Shown here piece after piece: positions 1 to 12,100 of a DNA stretch of 64,000 bases. The stretch covers positions 150,602 through 214,601 of the forward strand of contig CAVWIP010000012.1 in assembly GCA_963755125.1 (NCBI GenBank), given 5' to 3'. Every line of letters starts with the position of its first letter. The first letter of the stretch is position 1. A model generated the notes under the pieces. That model was not told the DNA's origin. It was given only the letters and a program-made list of their open reading frames with translations, and made no database searches. Source of the DNA: an uncultured delta proteobacterium (GTDB taxonomy: Bacteria > Myxococcota_A > Polyangia > Fen-1088). The translations under genes and the position numbers were made by a program.

Positions 1-1287
1 CGATGTCTTCGCAGAAGATGATGGTCTTGTCGTAGCGGTCGGTGGCCTTGAGAAACTCGGTCACCTTGCGCGCCACGAGTTCCGTCCGCTTTTCGAGGAC
101 CAGGGTGCGGTCGAAGTCGCGCTGATTGTAGATGCGGTCGTCGATGACCTCGCCGTGCTTGTCGCGCCTGCCTTGCTCGGGCCGCCAACCCTGAAGATCC
201 TTGTCCAGATCGATGCGAACCACCTTGTAGGGGGCCAGGAAGCCGTCTTCGATGCCTTGCTTGAGCGAGTAGACGTAGACCGGCTCGCCGAAGTAGTTCG
301 TGGTGGAGATGTCGGTGGTTTCCTTGGGCGTGGCGGTCAGGCCGATCTGCGTCGCCGATGAGAAATAGTCCAAGATCTCGCGCCAGGCGGAATTGGCGTT
401 TGCGCTGCCGCGGTGACATTCATCGACCACGATCAGGTCGAAGAATCCAGGGGAGAACTGCTTGAAGATATCCTGCGACTCTTCGTTGCCAGAAATCGCC
501 TGGTACAAGGCCAGGTAGATCTCGTAGGACTTCTCGGCCTGGCGATTCTTGATCCGGTGCATGGCCGCACCAAACGGGCTGAAGTCCTTGTTCTTGGTCT
601 GGGTCAACAGGATGTCGCGGTCGCGAGGAACAAGATGCGCTTCTTGATGCCCGCTTTCCACAGACGCCAGATGATCTGGAACGCGGTGTAGGTCTTGCCG
701 GTGCCAGTGGCCATGACCAGCAGGACGCGGTCTTGTCCCTTGGCGATGGCCTCGACTGTGGCGTTGATGGCGCGGGCCTGGTAGTAGCGCGGGCTCTTAT
801 CGACGGCGTCTGGGTAGTAGTCCTGGGTGACGGTGGGCAAGCTGGCGCCGCTGATGCCCTTCCAGGTGCAGTAGCGCTTCCACAGCTCGGCCGGCGAAGG
901 GAACGCGTCCATGGAAAATTCATGCTCGGGACGCCGCTGCTGGCCGGACCTGTCGTGTTCGAGGAAGCCGTCGCCGTTTGAGCTGTAGACCGAGGGCACG
1001 CCCAGCATTTCGGCGTAGGTCAGGGCCTGTTGCATGCCATCGCCAACCCGGTGCTTGTTGTCCTTGGCCTCAACCACCGCGATGGGAATGTTCGGCTTGT
1101 GGAAGAGGACGTAGTCGGCGAACTTCCGCTCGCCCCGCCGGACCATGCGTCCACGGACGATGACCTGGCCGTCGGTCAAGAAGACCTGCTCACGCACCTG
1201 GGAATTGATGTCCCACCCGGCCGCGGTCAACGCCGGGGTGATGAACTTGGTGCAGATGTCCCGTTCCGACAGGTCCTTCTTGTTCAC
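1..1287 (-). CDS. hsdR: Type I restriction endonuclease R subunit (HsdR), N-terminal ~430 codons. The gene runs off the left window edge. There is an apparent -1 frameshift near 614-628.
   Basis: Minus-strand translation from the GTG at 1287 gives [25 protein letters not shown]...FADYVLF...IAVVEAKD (PD-(D/E)xK nuclease motif), then [35 protein letters not shown] (helicase motif I). After the ORF stop at 604-606 the reading continues in another frame as [41 protein letters not shown]...[11 protein letters not shown]...LGLTATP...[20 protein letters not shown] (helicase motifs II/III) out to position 1. A single missing G in ctcgcg(g)accgcgac explains the shift. Confidence 0.8.
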
Positions 1288-1357
1288 GATATGCCCGCCA
1301 GCCAGACGCCATGGTACCGCAGATCGCCGTGGCTGGCGCGATTGAAGACAGACAGTC

Positions 1358-2230
1358 TTACCCCGTCGGCTTCTTCCCCGGCGTTCCCGGCACTTTTCGG
1401 AAATCCACGAACAGCTTGCGCTCGGTGGGCTGGCAGGTGGGGCAGAAGCAGGCGTCGTCGCGGCCCACGCGTACGCGGCGGATGGTGGTGGCACACACCG
1501 GGCAGGGCTCGCCCGCGCGGCCGCGCACCTTGAGAAAGTCGCGCACCTTCACTTCGATGGGCAGATTGCGCGCCTCAATCTCGCGAATCGCGGCGTTCAG
1601 TGTGTCGCGGATGGCGGCGAAGAGACGGTCCACTTCGTCGGCCTGCAACTTGTGACAGAAGGTCTTGGGGTGCAGACGCGCGGCGAAGAGAATCTCGTCG
1701 GCGTACGCGTTGCCGATGGATGCGAGCGCGGTCTTGTCGAGGAGAAACTGCCGGACTTGATCGCGCCGGCCGGCCACCAGACGCCGCACGTACGCCAGGG
1801 TGAATTCGCTCGAAAGCAGGTCCACGCCCAGGGTGGCGAAGCCGGGGATCTGGTCCACCTGGTCGGCGCGGGCCACGTAGATTTTGCCCATGCGGGTCTC
1901 GTCCGCGTAGCGCAGCTCGGTGCCGCCCGAGAAGGCCAGCGCCAAGATCAAATCGCGGCCCGCGCGCGCCCCCACTTCCACCAACGAATACCGGCCGGTC
2001 AACATGGCGTTCACCACCAGGCACAGGCCGCCATCCAGATCGAAACGCAGAAACTGCCCGCGTCGCCTCACCTCGACGATGCGCTTGTCTTTCAGCACCG
2101 CCGGGAACGGGTCCGGCACCATGATCCGAAGCACCACCGGATCGCCGACGCGGACATCGGTGATAGGCAAGCCGCACACCGACCGGCGTAATACGGCTTC
2201 CACGTGGACCAGATCGGGCAACTCGGGCAC
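1358..2230 (-). CDS. fpg: Formamidopyrimidine-DNA glycosylase (Fpg/MutM, Fpg/Nei family)
   Basis: N-terminus after the GTG start is (M)PELPDLVHVEAV, which is the P2/E3 catalytic signature of Fpg. The C-terminal zinc finger is CPVCATTIRRVRVGRDDACFCPTCQ. The ORF-track ORF 1358..2353 was trimmed to the GTG at 2228-2230. Confidence 0.8.
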   Translation of the reverse strand: MPELPDLVHVEAVLRRSVCGLPITDVRVGDPVVLRIMVPDPFPAVLKDKRIVEVRRRGQFLRFDLDGGLCLVVNAMLTGRYSLVEVGARAGRDLILALAFSGGTELRYADETRMGKIYVARADQVDQIPGFATLGVDLLSSEFTLAYVRRLVAGRRDQVRQFLLDKTALASIGNAYADEILFAARLHPKTFCHKLQADEVDRLFAAIRDTLNAAIREIEARNLPIEVKVRDFLKVRGRAGEPCPVCATTIRRVRVGRDDACFCPTCQPTERKLFVDFRKVPGTPGKKPTG

Positions 2231-2410
2231 GTCATCACGGTAGCACCAGTGCCCGCGGTTTGCTTTGGCCCGGGTACTGGGCGCATGATGACAGTCTGCG
2301 GTGTGGCGGGGCTGACATACGTGCCCCGATCGTGTCGTCCTCGCCAAAGGCAACGGCCGGAATCCAGGCGGTCTTCCCTTTGGCTGGGCATTTGCAAGGG
2401 GTGACGAGCC

Positions 2411-3403
<993 letters not shown>

Positions 3404-3405
3404 CC

Positions 3406-4611
3406 ATGAAAACTCAACTTGCACTCGCCGCCGGTTTCGTCGGGCTTCTTGCGGCCCGCTCGGTGTTTCCCTGTGGCGCGCCCTTTGGCACAGGAATATC
3501 GGCCAATCCGCAGCAGGACATCATCGTGGCCTACAAGAACGGCGTGGAGACCTACGTGTTCCAGCCCACGTTCTGCGGCACCGCGACCGATTTTGGGCTG
3601 ATCCTGCCTGTCCCTTCAACTCTCACAGCGTCCCCGGCCCTGTCCGACCAGCAAGCCTTCACCACCGTCGATAGCCTGTCGCAGCCGGAGTACATCACCA
3701 ACACCGTTTGTATGGGAGGGACCACAGGTAGTGGGACGGGGGGGCTGGCCGGCGCGGCCGGAGCGCCCGGGTCGAACGCCGGCGCCACCGTGGTTTCGAG
3801 TGGCCGGGTGGGCTTCCTCGATTGGGTTCAGCTAAAGGCTGATACCGTGGCGTCGTTCACGGATTGGCTGAACAGCAACGGGTATCCTTACGGCACGGCA
3901 GCCTCCAACGTATTTTCCTACTACGTGCAGGAGGGCTGGTACTTCGTGGCGTTCAGGATCAGCCAGGGGGCAGTGCCGGACGGCGGGAGCGGCGTGTATT
4001 GCAATGCCCTGGGTCCGGTCGAGCTGTCGTTCACGTCCACTGTGCCGGTCGTGCCCTCGCGCATGGCGACTGCCGGCACCGTCGCGTCGTCGGGTTCCTA
4101 TTCCTACGCCTTTTCTTGGCGCATCTTTGGCATCACCACGGGCGACCAGCAACTGGCCTTTACCGATGGCGCGAACGCCAATCGGGTACTTGGATACTCG
4201 GGCGCACTGGCCGCGGCCGATGTGACTTCTTTGGCGGGTCTGGCCCAGACGGGCGACCGTCTGACCAAGCTGACTTTGACTTTTTCCTACGGATCGACGG
4301 ACCCGGACGTCGGCCTGTCTTTGGCCGCCGCGAGTGACTATCGGCAGATAATATACAACACCCAGTATATCTATTGCCCCGATGCCGGCACTGACACTCC
4401 TGTCGACGCAACTCATGTGACGCCAGCGGCAGACGCAGGAACCAAGCCCGATGCGCTACCCGCACTGGCAAGTGTCGACGCCGCCGGCACCGCTGGGATT
4501 TCTGCCAGGGGCAGCGGCTGCTCGATGGCGACAGGCTCCGCTTCCGGCGGCTGCTTCGCTCTGGCCTTGCTCGGGTTGGTGGTCGCTGTCCGGCTGCGCA
4601 GGCGGCGATAG
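3406..4611 (+). CDS. Secreted protein of unknown function with a C-terminal MYXO-CTERM sorting signal. It is translationally coupled to the FGE-family gene.
   Basis: The ATG at 3406 sits 2 nt after the upstream TGA, with the RBS gaagggag. Signal peptide MKTQLALAAGFVGLLAARSVFPCGAPFG. The C-terminus GSGCSMATGSASGGCFALALLGLVVAVRLRRRR (Gly/Cys motif, hydrophobic helix, Arg tail) matches MYXO-CTERM. The ORF-track start at 3007 was rejected because it overlaps the FGE gene in another frame. Confidence 0.75.
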   Translation: MKTQLALAAGFVGLLAARSVFPCGAPFGTGISANPQQDIIVAYKNGVETYVFQPTFCGTATDFGLILPVPSTLTASPALSDQQAFTTVDSLSQPEYITNTVCMGGTTGSGTGGLAGAAGAPGSNAGATVVSSGRVGFLDWVQLKADTVASFTDWLNSNGYPYGTAASNVFSYYVQEGWYFVAFRISQGAVPDGGSGVYCNALGPVELSFTSTVPVVPSRMATAGTVASSGSYSYAFSWRIFGITTGDQQLAFTDGANANRVLGYSGALAAADVTSLAGLAQTGDRLTKLTLTFSYGSTDPDVGLSLAAASDYRQIIYNTQYIYCPDAGTDTPVDATHVTPAADAGTKPDALPALASVDAAGTAGISARGSGCSMATGSASGGCFALALLGLVVAVRLRRRR

Positions 4612-4721
4612 GACGGGCCAGAGGCTGGAGGTTCGCGGCTATCTTGTGCCTGCGGGCGCGGCGAGGTTTGTTCGCGGCGTTCTGGCAGCAGAGCCACTCA
4701 TGGCGCGGCCGGTGCAATCAC

Positions 4722-6056
4722 CTATCCAGCTCGGTACAGGCGCCACAGCCACGCCGGCCCGAGTGATTCTTGCAGCGCGACGGCAGTCAGGGTCACGAAG
4801 AAGAGGAGCCGAACCGCGTAGACGATCTGGCGCCTCGCCGGCGCGCCAATCCACGACATCGAAATCAACAGGTGCCACGCGCAGAACTCGCGCAGACTGA
4901 AAATGGTGAGGCCAAGCCAGGCAAGGACCGCCACGTCCAGCCAGGCCCGTGACCACAAGAGCATACCGCCGCAGAACACGAGCAGGGCGGCCACGTTCCA
5001 GGCCATCGGAACGTTCAACCCTGGCGACGACAGGAGCAGCGGATTGGTAACGCCGGATTGACGCAAGCCGGGCAAGTCCAGCCAAAACGCGTACAGCGAG
5101 GCTGCCGCACAGCCAGCCGCCACGGCCAGCGCCGGCAGATCCCGCCAGGTCCAGCGTTTCCACGCCCGATCCTTCAGCAGCAGGAACACGCCATAAAGCA
5201 CCCATGGCGCCAGAAAGAACGCCCGGAAATGTACGAAGGCCGCCACGCAGTACGCGACAATGGCAGCCAGGCTGCGCCGTTGGCCCAAGTAGCGCGCGCA
5301 CAGGGCCAGGGGGACCATGGCGGCGCAGTCGTAGAACCCTTCGAGCGACCAGTGCATCATGCACGAATAGAGGAACGACACACCCAGCCACTCGACACCC
5401 GATCGCGGTCCTTCGAAGTACGACAGCAGGAAGCAAAACAGGGCGACGTGGGCGGCCAGGATGAACCACCCAAAGAGCAGCCGGCAGGCGGTTTTGAGGG
5501 AGATCGGTGTAAAGTGGTAGATGGCCGCGATTGGTGCGAAGAAGAGTACGTCACCCGGCGGGTACATTCGCGACTTGTGCGACCAATTGGTGGCCAGGGG
5601 TTTCGTCTCGGGCCATCCAGGAACGAAATACACACCATCCGACGGGACGCCTGGTACGCGCACATCCGCCGGCAAGCGCGCCAATTCGGCGGCGGTCAGT
5701 GGACGGAACATTTCGTGGATCGGTTTCCTCCACAGATCCGGGCCGACGCGCGTGAAGACCCGGGCTGTGTTCATATGTGAAAAATGGTCGGTCCACGCGC
5801 CGTTGGACAGATCGCCCCACGGGTGGTCGAATGTGCGGGCGCCATTCCAGACCGACCACAGGACCAGGGAGACCAGGGTGATGGTCAGGGCCTTGCGCCG
5901 CGGGGATGGATCATCGAGGCACAGCAAACGGCGCAACGGTTTCCACAGCCCTGCCAATGGTTGAAGAAGTGCTCGGAGGCGACCGACCTGCGACACGACT
6001 GTCGTGGTAACAGCCCCGGGCAGTCTATTGCCTCTTGTTTTCCTTGGGAAAAGCAT
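4722..6056 (-). CDS. Polytopic integral membrane protein, roughly 10 predicted TM helices, function unknown. It may be a GT-C-fold glycosyltransferase.
   Basis: Long hydrophobic ORF. The start was placed at ATG 6054-6056 (MLFPRKTRGN...). The ORF-track start at 6164 is also possible. It is the last gene of the co-directional PKS-associated operon. Confidence 0.55.
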   Translation of the reverse strand: MLFPRKTRGNRLPGAVTTTVVSQVGRLRALLQPLAGLWKPLRRLLCLDDPSPRRKALTITLVSLVLWSVWNGARTFDHPWGDLSNGAWTDHFSHMNTARVFTRVGPDLWRKPIHEMFRPLTAAELARLPADVRVPGVPSDGVYFVPGWPETKPLATNWSHKSRMYPPGDVLFFAPIAAIYHFTPISLKTACRLLFGWFILAAHVALFCFLLSYFEGPRSGVEWLGVSFLYSCMMHWSLEGFYDCAAMVPLALCARYLGQRRSLAAIVAYCVAAFVHFRAFFLAPWVLYGVFLLLKDRAWKRWTWRDLPALAVAAGCAAASLYAFWLDLPGLRQSGVTNPLLLSSPGLNVPMAWNVAALLVFCGGMLLWSRAWLDVAVLAWLGLTIFSLREFCAWHLLISMSWIGAPARRQIVYAVRLLFFVTLTAVALQESLGPAWLWRLYRAG

Positions 6057-6176
6057 GATTTGACGTGCGTTCCAGCAAACCGCGAGCCAGTCGTCGCTGC
6101 CGAGGGACAACCTCCACGATGCACCCGGTCCGAACACGCGTCGAGAAACCCGAGCAACGCGCATTCAGTGGTCGGG

Positions 6177-7685
6177 TCAGCGGCTGCGTTCGAGCACCAC
6201 GATGGCATGCCGGTCGAACTTCGGTACGAAACCAGCCCGCCGGGCTTGAGAGTCGACCGACGAGCCCTTGCCGGCCAGCACGTGCGAAAAGAGGCGATTG
6301 GACAGGAGCTCGGGCTCGTACTTGACCTGGGGCAGATCGCGGCCGAACCACACGGTGGCGCCGGTGTAGAAGTGCCAATCCAACAACAGGCCGGTCGCGT
6401 TCTTCTGGCGCGCCACCCAAGCCTGACCGTCGAGGCGAGCGTGCGAAATGTCGAAGTCGAATTGTCGCAAATGGCGAGCGCCGTCCACCACCACGGCCAG
6501 CATGCCGGCGACGATGACCAGTTGCTTTGCGCGAGTGAGCCATCGCCGCAAGCGGCTTGGCGCTGCGCCACCGTTGCTGGGCGGCGCGCGCGAGAAGAGC
6601 CAATGCCCGAGCACGGTTCCCGCCGCAATCAACAGGAACGGCCAGAAGAGCAGCGCGAAGCGTTCTTCCTTGTGCGCCTGCGTGCTGATGTAGCCGAGCA
6701 GACCCGCAGCCGAAAGCACGAACGGCCAGGTGGCGCGCAAACCGCAGATGGCCGGCAAGACCAGGATGGCCAGGCCGATAGGCAAACGCGCCCAGATGCC
6801 TGCCAGGTACCAAGTCGCGGGTTCGGTGCCGAACTCCGCGGCCCGGCCCTGGATGATGTTGAACTTGATGAAGGCGAGAAAAGATCCGAAGAAATGTCCC
6901 CAGGTCAACCGATCGACGATCCCGAACAGGGCCACCGGGACCAGGGCCGTCCCCGCAAGGATGGCGAGATCCCGCCACCGGTGCCGGGCGCCGAGCCAGA
7001 TCGCGGGCAGCAAAACCAGCGCGCCGTTGACGATGCGCAGACAGACCGCGAGGGACAGCAGCGTGCCGATGACGACGGCGCGCCCCTTTCCCTCTCGCGG
7101 GTCGAGTTCGGTCTGCTCGGCGACCAGGGCAAACGCGACGATGAGGACGATCATCGAAGGCAGCTCGGTGAGCGGCTCGACCGAATACAGGGCCAGCAGG
7201 GGAAAGGTCGCCATGAGAAAAGCGGCGACGAGTCCACCTTGCCAGCCCGCGGGTGGCGCGTCGCCAACGAACCCCATGGGCGCCGGCTGATCGAACACCA
7301 GATGTCCGCACGCACAGCACGGATGACGAGGGCGAAGCTGCCGCGCGCACGAAGCCCCCGCCCGCCACGCCGCCCACACCATGAACATCGACAGCAAGCC
7401 CCAACTCAAGCGAATCATCTCGCCGATCGTGCTGCCCCGCAGGCCCAGGCTCCTTCCCAGCGCCATCCACGCCCCGTGGTAACCGGGCAGTACCCAGGAG
7501 CGCAGACCGTCGGTCCACTCCCAGGTCTTCATGCCCTCACCCGTCACGCGGGTCCAGGCTGGCTCCAGGCTCTGAAAGTAGGCGTCTGGATACAGTACCG
7601 GTCCCAGGCGCGCGGCCACGATGCGGCCCACGAAGCCCACGGCGAGCACGATGCCGAGAATGAAGCGCACGCGTCGTGCGGTCAT
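6177..7685 (-). CDS. GT22-like (PIG-B/Alg9-type, Dol-P-Man/polyprenyl-P-sugar dependent) membrane mannosyltransferase family protein
   Basis: The N-terminal conserved block YPDAYFQSLEPAW...WEW..LRS...PGYH resembles the GT22 'PDE-FQ-LE' signature. The protein is polytopic. The ATG at 7683-7685 overlaps the upstream stop as ATGA, which indicates translational coupling. Confidence 0.6.
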   Translation of the reverse strand: MTARRVRFILGIVLAVGFVGRIVAARLGPVLYPDAYFQSLEPAWTRVTGEGMKTWEWTDGLRSWVLPGYHGAWMALGRSLGLRGSTIGEMIRLSWGLLSMFMVWAAWRAGASCARQLRPRHPCCACGHLVFDQPAPMGFVGDAPPAGWQGGLVAAFLMATFPLLALYSVEPLTELPSMIVLIVAFALVAEQTELDPREGKGRAVVIGTLLSLAVCLRIVNGALVLLPAIWLGARHRWRDLAILAGTALVPVALFGIVDRLTWGHFFGSFLAFIKFNIIQGRAAEFGTEPATWYLAGIWARLPIGLAILVLPAICGLRATWPFVLSAAGLLGYISTQAHKEERFALLFWPFLLIAAGTVLGHWLFSRAPPSNGGAAPSRLRRWLTRAKQLVIVAGMLAVVVDGARHLRQFDFDISHARLDGQAWVARQKNATGLLLDWHFYTGATVWFGRDLPQVKYEPELLSNRLFSHVLAGKGSSVDSQARRAGFVPKFDRHAIVVLERSR

Positions 7686-8383
7686 CGTCCCCACACTTCG
7701 ATTTCAAAAATACGCACAATCTGACCGGGGCGGTTGGGCACGAATCTCACGCGCACACCACGAGCGCCCGAACAGGCCAGCGCGTGCACGGCCACCGGCG
7801 CGTGATTGTCGGTCACCACCACCGGCGGCGGAACTGGCCGCGCCTGTAAGCACCACAGGCTGTATTCTTGCGAGGTGAAATCCGCTGACTCGACTGTTCC
7901 GGCGTGACGGATCACCACACTTCTGACTTGTCGCTTGCCCGACCAGAGCAGTTCCACCCAGGGATGCCTGTCGCCGGGGTCGGATGCCCATTTCTCCACC
8001 AGGGTGGGATTCGTGCGGCCGTCGACAAGATAGCCCGGGTTGTGCTGGGAAAAGGGGTCGCGAAAGAAGGAGCTGACCCGCACGGTCGTTCCCAGACGGT
8101 ACGCCACGAGATTGTGCTCCCCCGCAGGATGGGCTTCCAGGGTTGGAAACGCGACCACGGCGACCGCCTGCCTGCGCACGAACAGAAAGAAGCCCGTGCT
8201 CCAGGCAATGACCAAGACTCCCGCCAGCGCGAAAGCAACGGTCCGTCGCCGGGCCCACACCCGACCGACGACGGACACTACGGGAGCGGTCCTTTGGGCC
8301 ACCGCGGAGATGACGAGCGTCAGACGCCGCAGGCGAATCGCCCAGGAAGGGGAATACCAAGTCGCGAACCGCGGGAGCAGCAC
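7682..8383 (-). CDS. Single-pass membrane protein with a C-terminal discoidin (F5/8 type C)-like carbohydrate-binding domain
   Basis: TM segment VAFALAGVLVIAWSTGFFLFV. The C-terminus ...HPWVELLWSGKRQVRSVVIRHAG...VRVRFVPNRPGQIVRIFEIEVWGR is an FA58C-like ending. The start is uncertain: GTG at 8383 or an internal GTG. Confidence 0.5.
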   Translation of the reverse strand: MLLPRFATWYSPSWAIRLRRLTLVISAVAQRTAPVVSVVGRVWARRRTVAFALAGVLVIAWSTGFFLFVRRQAVAVVAFPTLEAHPAGEHNLVAYRLGTTVRVSSFFRDPFSQHNPGYLVDGRTNPTLVEKWASDPGDRHPWVELLWSGKRQVRSVVIRHAGTVESADFTSQEYSLWCLQARPVPPPVVVTDNHAPVAVHALACSGARGVRVRFVPNRPGQIVRIFEIEVWGR

Positions 8384-8439
8384 AGTGAACTGCTAGCCTA
8401 TCACTTCCGTTGGCGCGGCGCTGCGCGAGCCGCCAGGAC

Positions 8440-9180
8440 CTATTTCAGCAACGCCATCGTCACCACATGCGCATCAAGGTCACACCATAGCAGGGTGAGC
8501 GAGCGCGGTGCCATTCGCGCGGCCAATACAGGTGCCAAAGCAATGTCCAGCGCGCGCCAGGCTTCGGCCAAACCTGATGGCGCGTCCATCTCGTCGCCCA
8601 CCACGATGTCGCGCGTGTCGTGACGAAGCCCGAGGCCCATGGCCTTGAGCACTGACTCTTTGGCGCTCCAGATGCGCGCGACTGTCCGGTCGGCGTCGCG
8701 GCCACCGGTCTTGCTCACGCGAGAGGCTTCGCTCTCGCTGAAAAACTGTCGCACCAGAGCCGGATCGCGAGGCTCAACGGTTTCGAGATCGGCGCCGATG
8801 CTGGCCCCGGGCGGCAGCGCGATTGCCGCCAGGCCCCAGTCCCCACGATGCGAGATTGACAATGATAGGGGCAGGCGGCTCCCTTGCAGATCGACGTACG
8901 GCATTCCCGACTCGTCATTGAGGACGCTGAACTGGCAACGCCAATCGTGATTCGAGCTGGGCTTTCCCATTAACCCCGCCACGAGGCCGTTGCCTTCGGC
9001 TGCCAGTTCGCCCAGCAACCGCTTGGCCGCCCAGCGGCCGAGCAGCCATTTCCGCCGGCGCGGCAACAGCGCCAACCCGGCGAGGATCGCTTCCTCGCGC
9101 GGGCTGAGCAGGCCCGGCGGCGCCTGACCCGCTGCCAGCGCGGGGTGCTCGCCGGCGTGGGCCAGGACGTGACGGAACAT
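8440..9180 (-). CDS. Sfp-type 4'-phosphopantetheinyl transferase
   Basis: Motifs SLSISHRGDWGLAAIA and WSAKESVLKAMG (PPTase W/KEA motif). The ATG at 9178-9180 lies 3 nt downstream of the PKS stop. Confidence 0.85.
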   Translation of the reverse strand: MFRHVLAHAGEHPALAAGQAPPGLLSPREEAILAGLALLPRRRKWLLGRWAAKRLLGELAAEGNGLVAGLMGKPSSNHDWRCQFSVLNDESGMPYVDLQGSRLPLSLSISHRGDWGLAAIALPPGASIGADLETVEPRDPALVRQFFSESEASRVSKTGGRDADRTVARIWSAKESVLKAMGLGLRHDTRDIVVGDEMDAPSGLAEAWRALDIALAPVLAARMAPRSLTLLWCDLDAHVVTMALLK

Positions 9181-9183
9181 CGG

Positions 9184-12100
9184 TCACCCGATGACGCCGC
9201 GGAAGCGGCCCAAAGCCTCGTCGGGCAGCCCGCCCGGGATGCGCGAGGTGCGGTAGCCCTGCACGGTCAGGTAGACCTTGCCCTCGTCGTCGCGCACCCG
9301 CGCGTCGAACGACAGCGCGTCCTCGGACGCATGCGGTTGCAGCTCGGCCACCATCGTCTTGCCGTCGGGCGCCGGATCGAACACGGTCACTCGCTCCACC
9401 ACCGAGGGCAGCCCCATCTGTCCGGTCTGGCCGATCTCCCACACGCCCGCGGTCTGGAAGCACAGCTCGACCATGCGCGGCCCGACCATGCTGGTGCTGT
9501 TGGGGTTGGTGGTGTCGGCAGGCAGAGGTGTCCTCATGGTCCCCACCACCTTCCCGCTCGATAGCCGGTTGACCATCTCCAACACCCGGTAGGCCGGACC
9601 GTGGAAGTACACCCGGTAGATGTCGTCGTGGCCGATGCCGCCCACCGGGCCAGCGCCATCGACGGCCGTGCGCGCGCTCGGTCCCGTCCCCTGTTCCAGC
9701 ACCACCACGCCGGCGAAGTGCAGTTTCTCCTCGGGCTCGCGCCCCACCACCACCTGCACCGACGACAGGCTCGTATGAACCCGCACCCGCCCATCCGCGC
9801 CCAGCACCGGCCGCGCGCGCACGATCACCGAACGCGGCTCGTGGCGGTAGTACTTCATGGGCGCCAGGAAGCGCACGTTTTCCAGCGCCGCTACCCGATG
9901 CTGCGGGGCCAGCAACCAGGCCGCCTCGGCGAATGTCTCCAAACCCATCACGCCCGGCAGAACCGGAATGCCGTCGATGGCGTGATCGTGAAGGAACGGC
10001 TCCACCTTGGGGTCGAGACGAATCTCGGCCGTCATGCCCTGGTGCAGATCGAAGGTGACGTTGTCAAAGGGCAAAGGCAACGCCCTTTCGCGGGCGCGGG
10101 CCAGCAGGCTGCCCTCGGGATCGATGCCGCCGTCCTTGTCAAAGGGCTCCATCAGGATGCCCAGCTTGTGCCCCACCACCGCTTCGCCCGAGAAGCCCGC
10201 CTGCAGCGCATGGCGGATGACCGGCAGGCCCTCGTCCGGCGACAGCATGTCGATACCCGCGCGCTTCATGATCTCGGGGATGCTTCCGCGCGTGGCCATG
10301 CCGATTCCACCCCAGGCCGTCCAGTCGAGCGCGATGCCCAGCGAGCCCGGACGCGACGCCGCCCACCAGGAGAGCGTCTTGCACATGAAGTCGTTGCCCG
10401 CGCTGTAGTCGGCCTGACCGGCGTTGCCAAATCGGCCGGCGACCGACGAGAATCCGACAATCGCCTTGACGTCCATGTCGCGTGTCGCGGCCAGCAGATT
10501 GAAAAGCCCGTCGGCCTTCACCCGGAAGACCAGGTCGAATTCCTCCACCGGCTTGCGGTCGAGCGAGCGGCTGCGCTCGAGCCCTGCGGCGTGCAGGATG
10601 ACGTCGATGCGTCCGCTCTCGGCGCGGATGTTGTCCACCACCGCCTTGACCGCAGCGCCGTCCAGCACGTCGACCTGACGGTAGAAGGCACGGCCGCCTG
10701 CCTGCTCCACCCCGCGCAGGGCTTCCAGGATGCCGGCCTGCCGTTCCAGATCGAAGAGCTTCTCCTCGACCTGCGCGGGCGTGGCGCGGCCCTTCTCGGC
10801 CTTGATGCGCTCGAAGACCTCGCGCTTGGCAGCCTCGCGATCCTTGATCACGGTTTCGAGCAGAGCGTGTTCGCTCTCGGGCGGCATGGCGCGCGCATCC
10901 AGCAGGTAGAACGTGCCGCGCGACGCAGCCGCCAGATCGCGCACGATGGCCACGGTGATGGCCCCAGCCCCGCCGGTGACGGCGAACACCGTGTTCTCGT
11001 CCAACGTGAGCGGCGGCTTGGCGTCGGCCGGCACGGCTTGCATGACCTCCAGGCCAACCGTCACGCGCACGCCCCCCGCGTAGCCGATCTCCACCGCGCC
11101 CGGATCCTGCTCGGTCTCGTCGAGCAACGCGCGCGCGATGGTCTCGGCCGAGGCGCCGTCCTCGAAATCGACCGCCTTGGCCAGCAGATCGGGCCGCTCG
11201 CGCCGCAGCGTCTTGGTGAAGCCGGTGACCGCGCCCCCCACGGAGTTGCTGGCGCCGCTCGCACCATAGCCGTGCTGGCCGCCCATGCGGGTGGCGGCTA
11301 TGACGAAGCTGCCCGGGGTGCCCAGGCCCTCGTACAGGCCGCGGGCCGCCCCGTGCAAGAGCAAGACGCGGTCGCGGTAAAGCTTGCGAAACTGGACCAG
11401 GTCGAGGTCCGCCAGCGAAGCCGAGCGGTCGAGAGCAGGCAGAAAGTAGAGGCCCACGGGCTTGCCCGGCTTTGCCCATTTTTGCAAGGCGGCCTCGATC
11501 TCGGCCCGTTCCGGTCGCGCATCGATGCGCAGCACCTGCACTCCCCGACTTTCCAACTCATCGCAGAGGAGCTTGCCCGCACCTTCGCTGTCAGCGACCA
11601 CCACCACGCGACTGCCTCTCTCCAGTCGCACGCCGGTCTTCTTGCACGAATCCAGTGGAGGCCGCAGGGTCACCACCGGACGGCGCAGCAGCCCACTCAC
11701 AAAGGGGCTCTGCCCCACCGCCGCGTCGGCTGCGGCAGTCACGGCGGTCGGCGCTGCCACGGCAGGCGCAGGTGCTGTCGGCGCGGCCGGTGCCGCTGCC
11801 GGCAGGTACTTGTTCACGAACCCGATGACGTGGCGAAGGGTCGGGTAGTCCCGCAGCTTCACATCATCCTGGCGCGGAATACTGAATGCCTCCCGCACCA
11901 GCGCGAACACCTCCGCCTGCTTGACCGTGTCGATCCCCAAGTCAGCCTCGAGATCCAGGTCCAGCTCCAGCATGTCGCGCGGATAGCCCGTCTTGCCGGC
12001 CACCAGTTCCAGAACCTTTTCTTCGATCGGATTCCCCGAACCAACTGCACTAGCCGTGGTCGTGGTCGTGGTCGTAGACGTGGTCGTGGTCGTGGCCGGT

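Noticed and set aside
5784-7724. 646-aa plus-strand ORF and the 497-/505-aa alternative minus-strand frames over the GT22-like gene
   Set aside because: Only one minus-strand frame (6177..7685) gives a hydrophobic polytopic protein with the GT22 N-terminal motif. The others are R/A/P-rich artefacts.
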